Below are positions 23,511 through 38,143 of a stretch of DNA of 64,000 nucleotides, piece after piece. Below the pieces are notes generated by a model. It was not told where the DNA came from and ran no database searches. It was given only the letters and a program-made list of their open reading frames with translations. Positions within the stretch are counted from its first letter, which is position 1. Each line of letters opens with the position of its first letter. A program made the translations under genes and the position numbers. Source of the stretch: Podarcis cretensis (Eukaryota); contig OX638151.1 in the NCBI GenBank assembly GCA_951804945.1, forward strand, positions 75,578,001 through 75,642,000, read 5' to 3'.

Positions 23511-24144
23511 TAGTGGGAGTGCTCAAGATACAGTTTGTTTCAGCCTTAATGTGCAAATGTTTCACACTGGTACATGTAGCCTGAGCTCTTGCACTTTGCT
23601 CCCCTCTGCAGGGAAACAAACCATGGAGCAATTGGTTTAGTGTTGTTTCTGAACCAGAGTTTGTAGCTTGTTTCTCTCTCTAAACAAGGCACGATCTGAA
23701 ATCTACGTTTCTTTGTGCATGCTGTGGTTAAAACGAAGCATACTTTCTGACTTACTGTTACATCCAGTAACATCCATGTTACATATTTATCTGTATAAGC
23801 TATGACACTGTTGCGTAGCATTGGGCTTGACGTTTCTTCTATGATCACTTGTGGGCATGGCTGAAGGGTGAGATTTTTGGCTTGGAAGATGCAGTGGCTT
23901 GAGCTAAGCAGTTGTATGCCCCCTAGAGGCTTCTGCATGCGGTGCCTTTACAAACTTAAAGAAAGGACCTTGCTCAGGATCCATGTCGGTTTATGGAAGG
24001 TGGGAGCTGCCTGGGTCAAATGGGTCAAATTTTGTGCATGCGCTGGAAAACAGAAAGGAAGTTTACATGAGTAAGTGACAAAGTTGGCACGTGCATGATC
24101 TTCACAAGTAAATGATATTTAAAATATACTAAGGTATATTTTAA

Positions 24145-24350
24145 GGGACGCAGGTGGCGCTGTGGGTTAAAGCCTCAGCGCCTAGGGCTTGCCGATCGAA
24201 AGGTCGGCGGTTCGAATCCCTGCGGCGGGGTGCGCTCCCGCTGCTCGGTCCCAGCGCCTGCCAACCTAGCAGTTCGAAAGCACCTCCCGGTGCAAGTAGA
24301 TAAATAGGGACCGCTTACCAGCGGGAAGGTAAACGGCGTTTCCGTGTGCG

Positions 24351-24405
<55 letters not shown>

Positions 24406-24552
24406 CCAGAGCAGCGATGTCACGCTGGCCACGTGACCCGGAAGTGTCTCCGGACAGCGCTGGCCCCTGGCCTCTTAAGTGAGATGGGCGCACAACCCCA
24501 GAGTCTGTCAAGACTGGCCCGTACGGGCAGGGGTACCTTTACCTTTACCTTT
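24145..24552 (+). mobile_element. Sauria SINE, full length, young, with internal (GCTCTG)9
   Basis: GGGACGCAGGTGGCGCTGTGGG head, B box GGTTCGAATCC and (ACCTTT)n tail. CpGs are retained. 14-bp TSD TAAGGTATATTTTA (24130-24143 / 24553-24566). Confidence 0.93.
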
Positions 24553-26514
24553 TAAGGTATATTTTATATAAGTATAAGTATATAATATATAAGTACAAGC
24601 CATAGACAGGATACTTACAAAGCAGTGCAGATGAAGTAGTTTTAATCATTTAGCAACAGTTAAGATATTTGGGTATGAGCTTGTGGACATTACCCCCCAC
24701 CTTACCATTGTCACCTCTCCAGTGCAAATTCCCTTTCTATACAGCCTTAACTGTGATTTAGTATTGCATCTGCACCAGCATGAACCAATACTGTTCTCAT
24801 AATCTGGGTTTGAACAGCATTTGCAAACCTTTAAGGAGAAAGTTTGTTAGGATTAACCATACAAACACAATACTAAACAATGGATAATGCTGGGAATGTC
24901 ACACTGGACAGGGGAGAAGCCTAAGTCTTCATACCCAAGCTCTTAAGAGGTTGGCCCCATTATGTCTCAACCAGGCTCAAGTATGTTTTGATTAGTTTCA
25001 AGGATAGGTAGAGTGCATTTGCGAGAGGGGCTGTTAATCACCTTGAATCAAAATATTTCTGTGAACCTTGAACTCTTGGTGTGCAACGTGCTTAAACTGA
25101 ACCCTGATACACTCCATTGCTTGTATTAAAAGTATCAAACATTTGGCTGTTCATCATTTTCAGTTCACAGGTTCACATGCGTTTTGTGTCTCATTATTGC
25201 AGAAAATTGTTTGAAATTTACCTTTATGACTTTATTTGAGGCCTTGAACTGGAACAGTAATACTGTTCTCTCTGGTGAGCTGTTAAAATAAATTGATTTT
25301 GTTTAATGCTATGGAGTAGTTTGCAGAAAGTACCCATTTGTTTTATCAGAGCTAATAGATTATGCCCCCTTCTGGTCCTTTTATTCTCTGTTTCTCTTTG
25401 CTAAATTTATAGCTAATTTTTTATTATTAAATTTCAATACAGTACAACCCTTCATCCGAGGATCATAGGATGGTTTACAATATAAAAATACAAAAATATG
25501 TAACATAATAGCAAACAAAACAATACCCACCTTGCCCCAGTTTAAAGGCCATAGGTTGTTTAATTAGCCAAAGCCTGGGAGAAGAGGAGAATGTTTTCCG
25601 CTGACATCTAAGGATAATGTAATGAAGGTGCCAGGTGAATCTCCCTGGGGAGAGCATTCCGCAAACTAGAATCTGCTTGTATTGATGCAAACCAGCATTC
25701 ACTCACTTGGGACTAAGCCTTATTACATTCAGCAGAACTTACTTCTGAGTAAATTTTCATTGGAATGGCCTTTCTATCCTGTTGGCATACATGGGATCAG
25801 CCTGCACAAAAGCTATAGCCCAGCCTTGCTATAGAGATTCTTGCAACTTTTTCACCAACAGTTATGTTGGCTCATTTATTAAGCCATCCATTTATACCAT
25901 TCAAGCAGCAGTAATCTGCCTTCGCGTTAATCTTGGAACTAAAGTGCTTCACTTTACTGTTCATATATCGCTTCAGTGGTGGCTGAACTGTTTGTCTTCA
26001 TGGCATCTTGGCAATTTGGTTTAAACACCAAATGAGAGAGTTTGCATTTAGATCAAAGAGACCCATAAAGCTCATCAGGACTCATACCTGTGATGACCTG
26101 CTTTTTTGACTTGTTCAGCCAGGGTGTGGTGACCATGTGGTAAAATAATTACCTCTTTCTGTGTTTGTTTGAATGTATGAAGTGGTTTCATCCAAAAGCT
26201 GCTTGAGAGAATCCTTTGATGACCTGCAAAGCAAGTTGGCAGACTGTAGACTTCTCTCTCAAGAAGAATCCATCTCAAAAGTCACCCTCCCCCTTTTAAT
26301 GCAGGATGCTGAATTTAAAAGTCAGTAATAGGTGGACTGGACAGATTGCTAGCATGTTTTGAATATTAGAAAGCCACTTTAGTTATCATCTTATTATGTG
26401 CCATTGCCACTTAATGAAACGAGCAGCAGCATTCCTGAAATAATGTCTGTGGTATGCTCAGTTCTACTCTAAGACTGTTATGAAGTTGCATCCAAATCAT
26501 TGCACACTCTAGAC

Positions 26515-26650
26515 CGGGGGGGGAGGGGCGGGACCTGTGACCCTCCAGATGTTGTACCTCCAACCTGTGATCATGGGCTATTCCGCCTCTGTCTGGTCAG
26601 GTAGTTGAGAGTCCAACAACATCTGCCAGTTCATCAGCTCCCCATCCCTG
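26515..26650. mobile_element. Short, abundant palindromic MITE (CCTCCAGATGTT...AACATCTGG family)
   Basis: Inverted arms. Further degenerate copies at about 1484-1590, 12680-12790, 21700-21790, 28268-28382, 29675-29800, 34930-35071, 37750-37850, 39985-40085 and 63080-63218. Confidence 0.6.
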
Positions 26651-26724
26651 ATCTAGGTCAATACAAACTGTTGCTTTATAAAGCCCTTGTTTTATTTCAT
26701 TATGTTTTGTTTCTTCTCTTTCAG

Positions 26725-26858
26725 GCTTTTGTCGAGGCACAAAATAAGATAACAGTACCCTTTCTTGAGCAGTGTGCTGTCCGGGGACTATTTAAAGAGC
26801 AAATGACAGAACTCTATGACTACCCCAAGTATAGTTGTCATTTTAAGAAAGGGAAAAG
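26725..26858 (+). CDS. PREP: PREP coding exon 3 ([17 protein letters not shown]...SCHFKKGK)
   Basis: Polypyrimidine tract and CAG acceptor, GTATGT donor, 134 nt. Confidence 0.97.
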
Positions 26859-26975
26859 GTATGTAAAGGACTGTGTGTGCCTTTGGATTATTGCAGGATG
26901 GTTTATAGCCAGACATTTTGTAGTGGGGGTATCATAAATTATGTGCTAAGCGTTCACACCAATTGATTCTCAGGT

Positions 26976-26977
<2 letters not shown>

Positions 26978-27024
<47 letters not shown>
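26978..27024. repeat. (CA)n(GA)n compound microsatellite
   Basis: Read directly from the sequence. Confidence 0.9.
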
Positions 27025-27025
<1 letters not shown>

Positions 27026-28878
27026 AAGTTTCTACTAATTAAATCTTGAGCCAGGAAAATCAACAGCCAGCCCGCCAAAAAAATAAAATAAACTCATGAC
27101 CAACTGCTGTAATAATTAAGGAAAATACAGAAATCCTACCTTTTGTTTTGTCAAGCAGTGAAAGAGGACATGTCTGTTTCTGTGACTTTTCAGCCCTATT
27201 CTTGCCTTTGCTTACATTTACTAGAATACTGGAAGTGAGAGAAGGTTTACTAATACTTACTGAGCAATTGCTTACTGCTTCTCCATTTTCCTTAATATAG
27301 AGTCAGAAAAGGGTTTTTTGTTGTGTGTGTGTGTGTGTGTGTTTTAATGAAAGCCGAAAATTCAGGAAAAGGCCTAGAGGAGGCATGGTTCCCTTCAGAT
27401 GATGATGGATTGTCCAAGCCTGCTTTCCCAGTTGTTGGCGATATTGAGAGTTGTAGTTCTTTATCATCAGAACAACACCTTGTTGGCTACTCCTGGCTTA
27501 CAATATCCCTGGCAGTAATTAAAGGCCTGGCTTAGAATTAAAGGTCTGAAGCAGAAAAGGACAAAAAACCAGTACGCTAAAATATCTATTTAAGATTACT
27601 CAGTTCACTAGTCCTTCATCACATCAAAGTGGGGAGGTCATTTTCTCCCCTTCAATACACAAGAAGAAGAAAAATCCATCTGGCAAGGATAATTCATCTC
27701 CCAACTCCACAAAGTTGTCAAGCTCCTTTTCCTGGCAGATGTGGCTATCTTGTGATCCGCTGCTTAGAGCCAGAATTGGAGCCCAACTAGGTCATGAGCT
27801 CTTAAAGGCTGCACTGTTGTCCATAGGCTCTTGCCCATTGTTTGTCTCTCACCATCTGTCCTACGGTGCTACACTACTTCAGAGAAACCTTTGGGCAGAA
27901 CAAAGCACTAACTAGGGTTCAGATGACATGCCAAGGCAACCATGGTTTAGCCCTGGGTAGCGTGGCAGCAGGAGGAATCGGGAAAGGAACACAGCAGTTG
28001 TGATATCCTCTCCAGAAACCCACACATTTGCTTGTTTACATTAATGCTAAGCCAGATGATGGCTTATGCTTAAACTGGTTCAGTAGCATTGAAGAACATT
28101 TCATAAAAGTTGTTTACAAGTGGCAGTTTGGAACCTTTTTTTTTTAGTTGAACTTGAATGGTTGCCTGTGTATATGGCGATAATGCATTTGCCAGTCTGC
28201 ATATATTTTGGGTTGTTATAGCTAAGCTAGCAAAATCTCTACAAAAGTGAGAGGTTTAGACTTACTACAGGGATTGGGAAACTTGTGGCCTCACTGCTTT
28301 TGTTGGACTAGAGCTTCTGTCATCACTGATGGTTGGCCACTCCACATGATGGGAATTGTAGTCCACCTGCTCCCCATTCCTGGTTTACTGGCATGATTAA
28401 ACTTGGTTTACCATGTGGGTGACACTTCATACAAACAGTTTCCTATACAGAAAGGTATGCCTGTAGTTTGTCTTTGTGGCAACCATGTCATTGGTATTAT
28501 GTGTTCAGGGCCTTAGACTTACTTCCTTAAGGGGCTTCTCTTATGCATGGAAATGCCAAACTGCTGCAGTATGACATTCAGATGAAGAAGAGGATTCCCC
28601 CCCCCCCATTTTTTTAAGTAAGTGCATGGCTGAGAAATCTTAATGATTTGTCTCATTACATACTGCAGTAATGTCAAAAGCTCTAACTGTTATAATGAAC
28701 TATTTAACATAACTTGTGAGTTGCTAATTGAATCTGATGTTGACTTAATGCAACCTGATGGGTGAAATTGTGTGCTAAATTACTGAAATGTGGCATTTTT
28801 CCATCAGGAAGAAGCTGCTTTCCTCTGTTATATAAATCTGCCACTCCTCTTGAAAGTCTTAGCCTGCACTCTCTAGAC

Positions 28879-28953
28879 CGGGGGGGGGGGGGGGGGGGGC
28901 TCATACTATACTATACTATACTATACTATACTATACTATACTATACATACTAT
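28879..28953. repeat. Poly-G followed by (CTATA)n microsatellite
   Basis: Read directly from the sequence; ends about 45 nt upstream of exon 4. Confidence 0.9.
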
Positions 28954-28997
28954 AGTTGAAAATAAAACCTCCCAAATAATTATATCATTTATTCTAG

Positions 28998-29128
28998 GTA
29001 TTTTCACTTTTATAATTCTGGACTTCAGAATCAACGAGTATTATATGTGCAAGATTCCTTGGATGCTGATGCCAAAGTATTTTTGGATCCAAATAAACTT
29101 TCTGATGATGGCACTGTGGCTCTGCGAG
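28998..29128 (+). CDS. PREP: PREP coding exon 4 ([21 protein letters not shown]...[10 protein letters not shown])
   Basis: TAG acceptor, GTCAGT donor, 131 nt, phase consistent. Confidence 0.97.
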
Positions 29129-29353
29129 GTCAGTGTAGCAGATTTTTCGAAAATGCATCATTTTGGAAGCCAACATAAAATTTCTCTGTTTTGAGTTATA
29201 CACATCTACGTGTGAAAATATTAAATTGTGGAAAACGTAAAACATGCTTTGAGCTGCTGCCTATATGGTGAAGGCAAGTGTTAGAAGCATAAACTATGAA
29301 AGTAAAGTTTGTAACTAACGTAAACTAATACACAGCGTGTTCTTAATCACCAG

Positions 29354-29563
29354 GTTATGCATTCAGTGAAGATGGCGAATATTTTGCATATGGCTTGAGT
29401 TCCAGTGGGTCAGATTGGGTAACAATTAAATTTATGAAAGTGGATGGTACTGAAGAACTGGCAGACACACTGGAGATGGTAAAATTCAGTTGTATGGCTT
29501 GGACCCATGATGGCAAAGGCATGTTCTACAACTGCTACCCAAAGCAAGATGGGAAAAGTGATG
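29354..29563 (+). CDS. PREP: PREP coding exon 5 ([22 protein letters not shown]...QDGKSD)
   Basis: CAG acceptor, GTGAGT donor, 210 nt. Confidence 0.97.
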
Positions 29564-30294
29564 GTGAGTGGCATACAATCACCCGTCTCATCCTCAGGCC
29601 TTTATAGCCTTTATTAACTTTAGAATCCTTTATCTCATTACTAGCTCTGCTTCCTTCTTGTGGGTATTTTGGGTCAGGGTTTCCCAAACTTGAGTCTCCA
29701 ACTGTTTTTGCACTTAGATTCCCATAATCCCTCGTCACTGGTACTGATAGCTAGGGGTGATGGGAGTTGTAGTCCAAAAGCAGCAGAAGACCCCAGTTTG
29801 CTAATGCTAATGGGACAGGTTGGTTAGAGCCAGTATCTCTCAGTTGCTTAGTTTCTTTGGCTCATGGGACTTCTTATTCTGCCTGTCCACCTGTCCACAA
29901 AATGCTGTCAAGTTTCAAGCCAAAGTAACATCTCACTTCCTTGACAGGGAATATTACATATTGCTGGAAGCTAAGCATAACATTTTACACAGATAAAAAT
30001 ACAGTAACTTTAGCAACGTATCTCAGATTATGTAAAGAACATATTATTCCAAATGTGTTATATTTATATAAAGAAAAATAATGCAAAGAAAAATGCATGG
30101 AATAATAGGAATAAAAATTATCCTTGTAGATATTATCTAGCTTCTTGGTCGTAAGGACTAGTATTTCCAGAAAACATATGAGTTATTAAATCTGGTTCTG
30201 CTACCTTGTCAAATAAGAAGCTTCTAATATGTTATGGTTTTGAAACTTTCAGGTTGTTAGAACTAATAACAAGTCACACCTTACATACCTGTAA

Positions 30295-30474
<180 letters not shown>

Positions 30475-30960
30475 TAATAAAAGTGAAAAGTTGGTTATAG
30501 GCCCAATCCTTTTTTGTTAAATAAGGTTTCTCGCTGCCTCTTTTTACCTCTATTGCACTACCTAGGACCAATATATAACACATTATTTTAAATATGTGAA
30601 AATGGTGACTCGGTATATTGGTGAGAACTCATTTTGACTTCTTCTACAATGAATTTGTGGTGATCAGTTTTCAGTAAGAGCCCTCCTACACACACCCCTT
30701 CCATTTTTCTCCAACTTAACAAAATAATTTCTGTTCTCAGCCATTGTTCCTTTGATGTGATGCTATTGTAGTACCACTTTAAAAAAAAACTTGAAAGGGC
30801 ATTGACCACAATGAAAACAATATTAAAAAGGAAACTATGTTTGCTGTACACTGGACACACACATTTTCAGCTTTAAAAATATGGTGGAATTAACATTTGT
30901 AGAATTTAAAAACATGTTTTTTAACTTCGTTACTGTCAGATAATGCTTATAAACTTATTA

Positions 30961-31203
30961 CAGTGGAACCTCAGTTTTCGATCATCTCCGTTGACAAATG
31001 TTTCAAAACTCGAAAGCCGTAAACCCAGAAGTAAATGCTTCCATTTTTGTGCACACCTTGGAAGTCGAACTTCCGAGGCAGCTTCCGTTTCGAGTTTTCC
31101 GTATCAGTTTTTCCATTTTGAGGCTTTCTATTGAGTTTTTGAATGTTTCGTAACTCGAATGGTCTTTGGGAACGGATTACGTTTGAAAACAGATGTTCCA
31201 CTG
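30961..31203. mobile_element. Tc1/mariner (Tigger-like) MITE
   Basis: TA-CAGTGGAAC...GTTCCACTG-TA. Confidence 0.8.
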
Positions 31204-32773
31204 TATTTCTGTAAGTTGTACACACTTCCATATATTTGCTGTGGGAAACCTAGTGATAACTGTGATGTATACACCACAAACACATTTGCCACATCAAGGT
31301 CTCCTTAATCCAAGTCCACCTTCAATCCACTGTACCATGACAGGCCCTCTATGGCAGGGATGGGGAACCTATGGTCCTCCTAATGCAGTTAATTTCATGA
31401 GAGTGAAATCAACTTTTGTGCTTTTGGGTCTCTTGATTGGAACCGGCAATGTGTCCAGAATTTGGATTGTTTTTGATATGGGTGTTTCTGTCCATGTGCT
31501 GCAGCAGTCCCTTCTGCATGCAGGTGAGTGGTTTGTGCAAAACATTTTTCTGCATGAATCCTCTCTGTTGGTTGGATTTCAAACAAGTATGCTTAGGTTC
31601 ATGGCCTGACAATCTGATCCTGCATGTGCTTACTCATAAGTAAGTCTCACTGAATTCAGGAGATTGTAGTGTTAGTGTAGTATGATGGTGTTTTGACGTA
31701 CAAAACACATTTCACCATCAAACTTAGGGAGTATGCCTCATTTTGCTATATAAAACGAGGTCATAAATCTGTAGTGACAGAAGCTCATAAACTTCTCAAG
31801 GTGCTTGTTTGTCTGAGGAAATTAATAACTTTTGATTACATATCTGCAGGAGGCTTCTTACACCCAGCATCTGTTGTTAATTAAAAGCATTTACCAGCTT
31901 TGCCTGCTGTTTACAATATTTTATTACTTTTTTCTCTCTTACTGCTGCCAGTTTCTGGCAAATGACCTTGTGAAAATAGTTTTTATATGATTTTGCTACC
32001 TTTAAATATCTAATATATTCCTTTTATTGTAGTGGGGTCTAGTTTTATACCTTTAGAAATATTTAGCCCATCCAATCCTATGTAAATGTTGTTAAAAGTT
32101 GCTTCTTGGTTTCTTGTATTTATCATTTTGAACAATATGCAGGTTGAGTAACAAACAATATTGAGCCAACGTGAAAGGAGACAGTTTTGTCTTCCAAACG
32201 TTTAGAAATTAAGAGAGGTGGCTTAGGAAGGAGTTACCAAAAGAGTTACAAAGGAGTTAACAAAAGCCATCCCCTTGTTTCCTCATTAAAATTAGCATTT
32301 CTTCTCTTAAAGCTGATAATCCAACTAATTCATACTTGGAGTAGGCCGAGTGAAATCAATGGGCTGGATTCAACCATCCTATTTTGCTAGTGAAGCCAGC
32401 ACAAGGACTCCTGCTAGTGCAACAGGACTTCCTTCCTCCCCCCCCCCAATGTCACCCCATAGCTCCCCCAGATATAGTTTGGAGAGTTGGGAGATCCCTG
32501 CTCCCAGAAGAGCATGCAGGGGACAAGCAGAAATACCTGTGCTGATCCTTAGTGCTACATTGAATTCCACCTAATGGAATTAAGTTACTTGGCAGTATCC
32601 AACATGCCTCATCAGCAGAAGGATTTCCCCCTGTGTACACCCTACAACCTCCCTAAATCTGCCCTGGAGGATGGGGGAATCCCTGGAACAGATTTAGGTT
32701 GAATGTGAAGGGAGGAATGGGGGGCGGGGGGGAGAGAGATCCCATTGCACAAGTGGAAATATTTGCACTGGTA

Positions 32774-33023
32774 CAGTGGTACCTTGGTAGTCGAACGGCT
32801 TGGTTCCGAACAAATCAACTCCTGAACGCCACAAACCCAGAAGTGAGTGTTCCGGTTTGCGAACATTTTTTGGAAACCAGATGTCCAACACGGCTTCTGC
32901 GGCTTCCGATTGAGTGCAGGAAGCTCCTGCAGCCAATAGGAAGCCACGCCTTGCTTTTTGACTGGTTTCGGGAGTCGAACAGACTTCCGGAATGGATTAA
33001 GTTCGAGAACCAAGGTACCACCG
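32774..33023. mobile_element. Tc1/mariner (Tigger-like) MITE
   Basis: TA-CAGTGGTACCTTGG...CCAAGGTACCACCG-TA. Confidence 0.85.
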
Positions 33024-33990
33024 TATGTGTTACTCACCACTACTTTGAATACACCCCTAATATCCATCAGTTTCAATGGGCCTACCAAGTATGACAAACC
33101 TTAGATGTCATGTCTAAGACAGGGTTGCCTAGTGTTTAGCCGGTCAGATTAGTGCTGGGGAGACATAAGGAGGAATTCAGGGTCATGCCCTTCTGATTGT
33201 TCCTTCAGCACAAGCATGTCAGCTTGCCATGGGGAATGATCCCTGTCTCCTCTCCCTGTGTACTGTTCTGGGGGTTCTCCTGACAACCACAGAGCCGATT
33301 TTGGGGTGTGCGTGGAGGGGGGGAAGCCCTGTTGCACAAGCAGAAGTCCTGGTGCAGGGCTTCCACTGCCATGTCTCATTCAGTGAATCCTGCGTCAAGG
33401 TTCACTTGGCTGTGACACTCACTGGGTGACGCTGGGCCAGTCGCTATATCTTATCCTTGTTGTGAGGGTGCAAGGGAGGGAGAGGAAAGAGAGCAGTGTA
33501 CACCTCATTAAGCTCCTTGGATGAAAGGTAGGGTGTTAATGTGATAGGTAAATGAAATAAAGAAACCAGGCCAAACTCTCACACTTCTTCCTTCAGCATG
33601 GTGCTTCTACATTTCAGAGAAGGGACTAAATTTCATTCCATTGGCAGCCATCCAAGGCACCCCCCCCAGCCTCATCCTCCGTCCCTGTTCCAAAGCAAAT
33701 GTTCTGTGTCTGTATTTGCATCAATTCTAACTAAAACCAGAAATGTCATGGCCCTGTTTTCCCCCTATACGCTATATCCAGAATTTAGAATGGAAGCAGA
33801 GGGAGCAAATTTGTGGCAGTTCCCAGAAGAGGGCACTATAGAATAATGATTTGAAGCCATGTGTGTGTTATCTGAGTTAAGTGGGGAAAGCAGTGATGAT
33901 TTTAAATGGACCTGTGCTGCACACATTGTTAGAACCAAGTTCCCATGCTTGGGGTAATAGAAGAAATGCCATCAAAAGTATCAAATTAGG

Positions 33991-34030
<40 letters not shown>

Positions 34031-34041
34031 GATAGATAGAT
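33991..34041. repeat. (GATA)n microsatellite
   Basis: Read directly from the sequence. Confidence 0.95.
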
Positions 34042-35729
34042 ATTGCATTCCGCACTCCCTTCAAAAATAACCGGTGAACACAACAGCAGTATAGGTGGTG
34101 TGTTTTGCTTCAGAAGCATTTTAAAGGTTTCTGTTGGAAAACTGCTTTCACTTTCAGCTAGAGGCACTTACCTGCTGCACAACCTAGATGAGCTGACCTG
34201 AAGGATCACCTTTGTGCTTTTGCTCAAAACAAATACCAGTAATCAGAACAAGAACTGCTGCAGTATCTCGATTGTAATGTTCTGTGAGATTTGCAGCAGT
34301 TGAAGTCTGGCACGAGCTGCTGTGAAGCACTGGAATCTTCACAAACATCCTGAGTCCTGGAGACTGAAAACAGGCAACAGGCTGGAGGAAGGGAGATTAC
34401 CAAGGGCCCACTATTATTATTTAAATGTGTTTATTTGCAAGGGCCTTTTTATCTGTCTCGTGTTTGGAGGTATGTCTGACCTTTGGGGCAGGGATTATGA
34501 GAATCACTAGTTTTTATTCTCTGAAGATCATTTTGTATTTCATGGTGCCCATGGCAGTTTTTTTAGATTTCTAACTGTGCCTGCCCCTGGGACCAAAAAT
34601 TTAGGGGAATCCCTGTGATAATTACTGAGCAGGCAACCGTGCTCTGACATATTTTATGGTAGGAAACAGCTCACAGGTTAAAGAGCATGACTTCTTGGTA
34701 GTTCTGAATCCCAGGATCTATCTTGGAAATGTGGCCACAGGGCTTCCTGCCTAGCATAATTGGAACGGCTATTTTATAAAGGAACGTGATCTTCCCAGTT
34801 ATGCTTTATGGAGAGTGTCACACCCAATACTATACACCTGCTTCATTTGACTGCATTATGTGGTAATTACTGCTTTCCTCTTGGAAAACATGATAGCGTT
34901 TGAGGAACCAGCATTGCTACTGAGTTTAATGCATGGTTGAAGTGTTTGGTGCCCTCCATATGTTGTTGGACTCAGACTCCCATCATCCCCAGCTGACTAG
35001 CATGGCCAGTGGTCAGGAACGATGGGAGTTGTGGCCCATCAACATCTGGAGGGCCGTAGCTTCCCATTCCTGGTTTAATGGTTTTGATAAATTAAGATTA
35101 TTACAAATACAGAAGTTGGCAAGAGTGGTGGTGGTGGCTGTGTACATCTGCAAGGAAGTAATTAATAAGGTACAGTGGTTAGAAAGTGCACACAGGTTTT
35201 GGGCATATGGATTCAATCAGTTCTGCGTATAAGCAGCTATAGGCTCTTGCAAAAAAGAAAGGTTTTTAATTGATTGGTTTCTCTTTCTCAAGAGCACTGG
35301 TTAAAAAGCAGACCAGAAGACAAGGGAGTGTTGTATTATATCAGGGAATTTCATTCCAAGAGACAGTGGTTATGAATTCTAAAAACAAAAGGCCCCCCCC
35401 CCAATACTAATTTTGTATTTCAGAAAAAAAGACCCAGATTGGCACTAAAAAAATACTATAAAAACAAAAGGGATGGAGAAAACAGTATAATTTCAGTTCT
35501 TCCACTGAAATTGATAGGATATTTAATTTAATCCTTCCCCTGAATCAAACTACATTTAATTTGGGACCTGAGTGACTCTGAAACCTGTGGACAGAATACT
35601 GCTTCAGCATAGCATGAAATGCAAATTGACAGGGGTGGCCTTCCAGCCCCACAGAGACAAAAAAGCACATTGCTGGGCCAGCGGCTGGCAGGTGAAGCAG
35701 GAAAGAGGCTATTCTGTCTCACATTGCGC

Positions 35730-35730
35730 C

Positions 35731-35771
<41 letters not shown>

Positions 35772-35815
35772 ACTCACACGCACACACACACTCACTCACT
35801 CTCACATACATACAG
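35730..35815. repeat. (CT)n/(CA)n microsatellite
   Basis: Read directly from the sequence. Confidence 0.9.
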
Positions 35816-38037
35816 ACATATATTTGTCTTTATTTTTCTCCAGTAAAATATCTGATGGTGTAGTTCTTGAATGCAGCTGTCAATAATGTTTTGCCTTAAT
35901 ACTCTTGAATTCCTTTGAGTTTTGAAATGCATTGATGTAAAGACAGCTGTAGCAATGAAGACAGACTTAATTGGCACCCTACCCGTAATATGTGTTGGGA
36001 AATTAGATTAAGAATGTGTTCTGGGAATCGCATTAAGCAAACTATTATCAACTATTCACCAGTCCAGCGAGGAATGTTGAGAAGCTCATTAGATATGCTC
36101 AAAATTGCTGCTGTCAGGGGCTCTTGTTTGCCATCATGCAAAATAAAGTTTCAAAGATTGCTTTTGCTTTGATGGAGTGAAGGCAGTAAAGATTCTCAAG
36201 TTTGTAGTATATTGACATTAACTCAAAATGTTGGGTACTAGACGGGGAAGGTGCAATGGTTGACCACTTCCTTGGCCTTCAAAAGGTTCCAGGCTTAATC
36301 CATGGCATCTTCAGGTAAGGATGGGAAAGAGCAGCTGTTATTCAGTGCAGATGATACTAAGGTATATGGACCAATGTGTGTCTTGATATAAAGCTTCTTT
36401 GAAAGATGGAACCCATGGAGGGAAGAGGTCTAAGGGTTTGAAAGAACTCTGTATTTTAATGCTGGAAATGGTTTTGTTTTATACGTGTAACTCCCCCCCC
36501 CCCCCAACAGCATTTTTTTTTTTTTTTAAAAGATATAAAGCTTCTTTGGGACAGGATTCAACTAACAAGCCCCACCAGCAATAGCCTGTGTAAGAACCTC
36601 TGGTGCAGTGGGACTTGGGCCCCATCTCCTCTCCCCTCGCACCCATCTCAAGTTGGTTCTGAGGGAGTCTGGAGAGGATAGGCGGAGTTATCTGCCTAGC
36701 ACCAAGTTGAATTCCACCCTGGATGCAATAACAATAATAATAATCCCCCGCCCATCTGACAGGGTTTCCTCAGCCACTCTGGGTGGCTTTCAACATTTTC
36801 AACAGAACATTAAAAACAGAATAAAACTCCAACTTCCCTAAACAGGGAAGGCTATCCCTGAGCCACTTTCCCCCCATGGCAATTTGGGATGGTACCCCGC
36901 CAGCTGGGAACCCTAGCAGTCTGTGCTGGGTTCATAGTAAGTTTGCTTTTGAAATTGTGCAGCGGGTTCTAGCCACTGGCTTTAATAGAATTGAAGTGTG
37001 TTTTTATTTATATGGTTTCTAAACTGCCGTTCATCAAGGAGATCCCATGGTGGTTCACACATCTCTACAGCTAAAAACTCAAAATAATGTAACAACATTA
37101 AAACATAAAATTAAGAATCAAATAAAGGGTATTTGGTTGTTTTTTTAAAAAAATCCAGTCAATTGAACAAAGCAAAGAAAGATGCCAGGAATTGTCCTTG
37201 GGACCTTCTGCATGCAGAGCATGTTTCGACTCTTGAAATATGTATGTGTTATACAAAACAAATATTCTTTGCTTTTGTATTTTAATTGTGTAAAAATCCA
37301 AGGTATCAAAGCCACACACACAGCAATAATGACAAACACTACCAACAATGGCAGAGGGAGGGGAAGGGGAAGAATTGGGACATGGCTTTAAAATATTTGC
37401 ACCTGCTGATCCTCTAAAAATTTGTATTTAAGTGTTGATATAATTAATTTAGGATGCTTTCTGTAGAGTGAATATATTTAATAAAGATCTGCCAGTATAA
37501 TTTTTGACACTGTCTGCTGTCACTTTGCATTTAGCACAACATCATCAGCTTGGCATGACTTTCCATAATATAAGGGCTTCATAGATGAGAGGGATTTAAA
37601 ATTAGTTTGGCTTTAATTTCAGGCAGTTGTGCTTCTATCAAAATATACTGGGTTGCTGCTTTTCAGAATGCACTGTTGAGTCAAAACACCGAATTTGACA
37701 TTTGCTTCACATTTTGTATGTGTCTGAGACATGGAACGGATTTGAAGGACTAGGCAAATTTGTGGCCCTCTAGATGTTGATAGACTTGAGTTCCCATCAC
37801 CCCTTTACAATTGGCCATGTTAGTAACGTCTGGAAGATCACAGGTTCCAACACATCTGTACAAAGCATATCTGTAGTCCTACATATGTTTGTAACTTTAT
37901 AATTTGACACACCTGTTTTGCTTTTGGTTTGTAAAATGCTTTTTTTGGGGGGGAAACAAACCTTTCTGAGTATTGTTAGTAACTTTTTGTTTGGTGTATG
38001 TCAATATTTATGTTGCATTCATTGTGATACATTTTAG

Positions 38038-38143
38038 GTATCTGATGATGGGCAGTACGCTTTGCTGTCCATACGAGAAGGATGTGATCCAGTTAATAGG
38101 CTGTGGTACTGTAATCTACAGAAGGAATCAAATGGTATAACTG
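38038..38143 (+). CDS. PREP: PREP coding exon 7 ([35 protein letters not shown])
   Basis: TAG acceptor, GTAAGA donor, 106 nt. Includes the conserved EGCDP (Cys255 equivalent). Confidence 0.97.

Noticed and set aside
24145-24230. tRNA gene
   Set aside because: The A/B boxes belong to the tRNA-derived head of a Sauria SINE, and no complete cloverleaf is evident.
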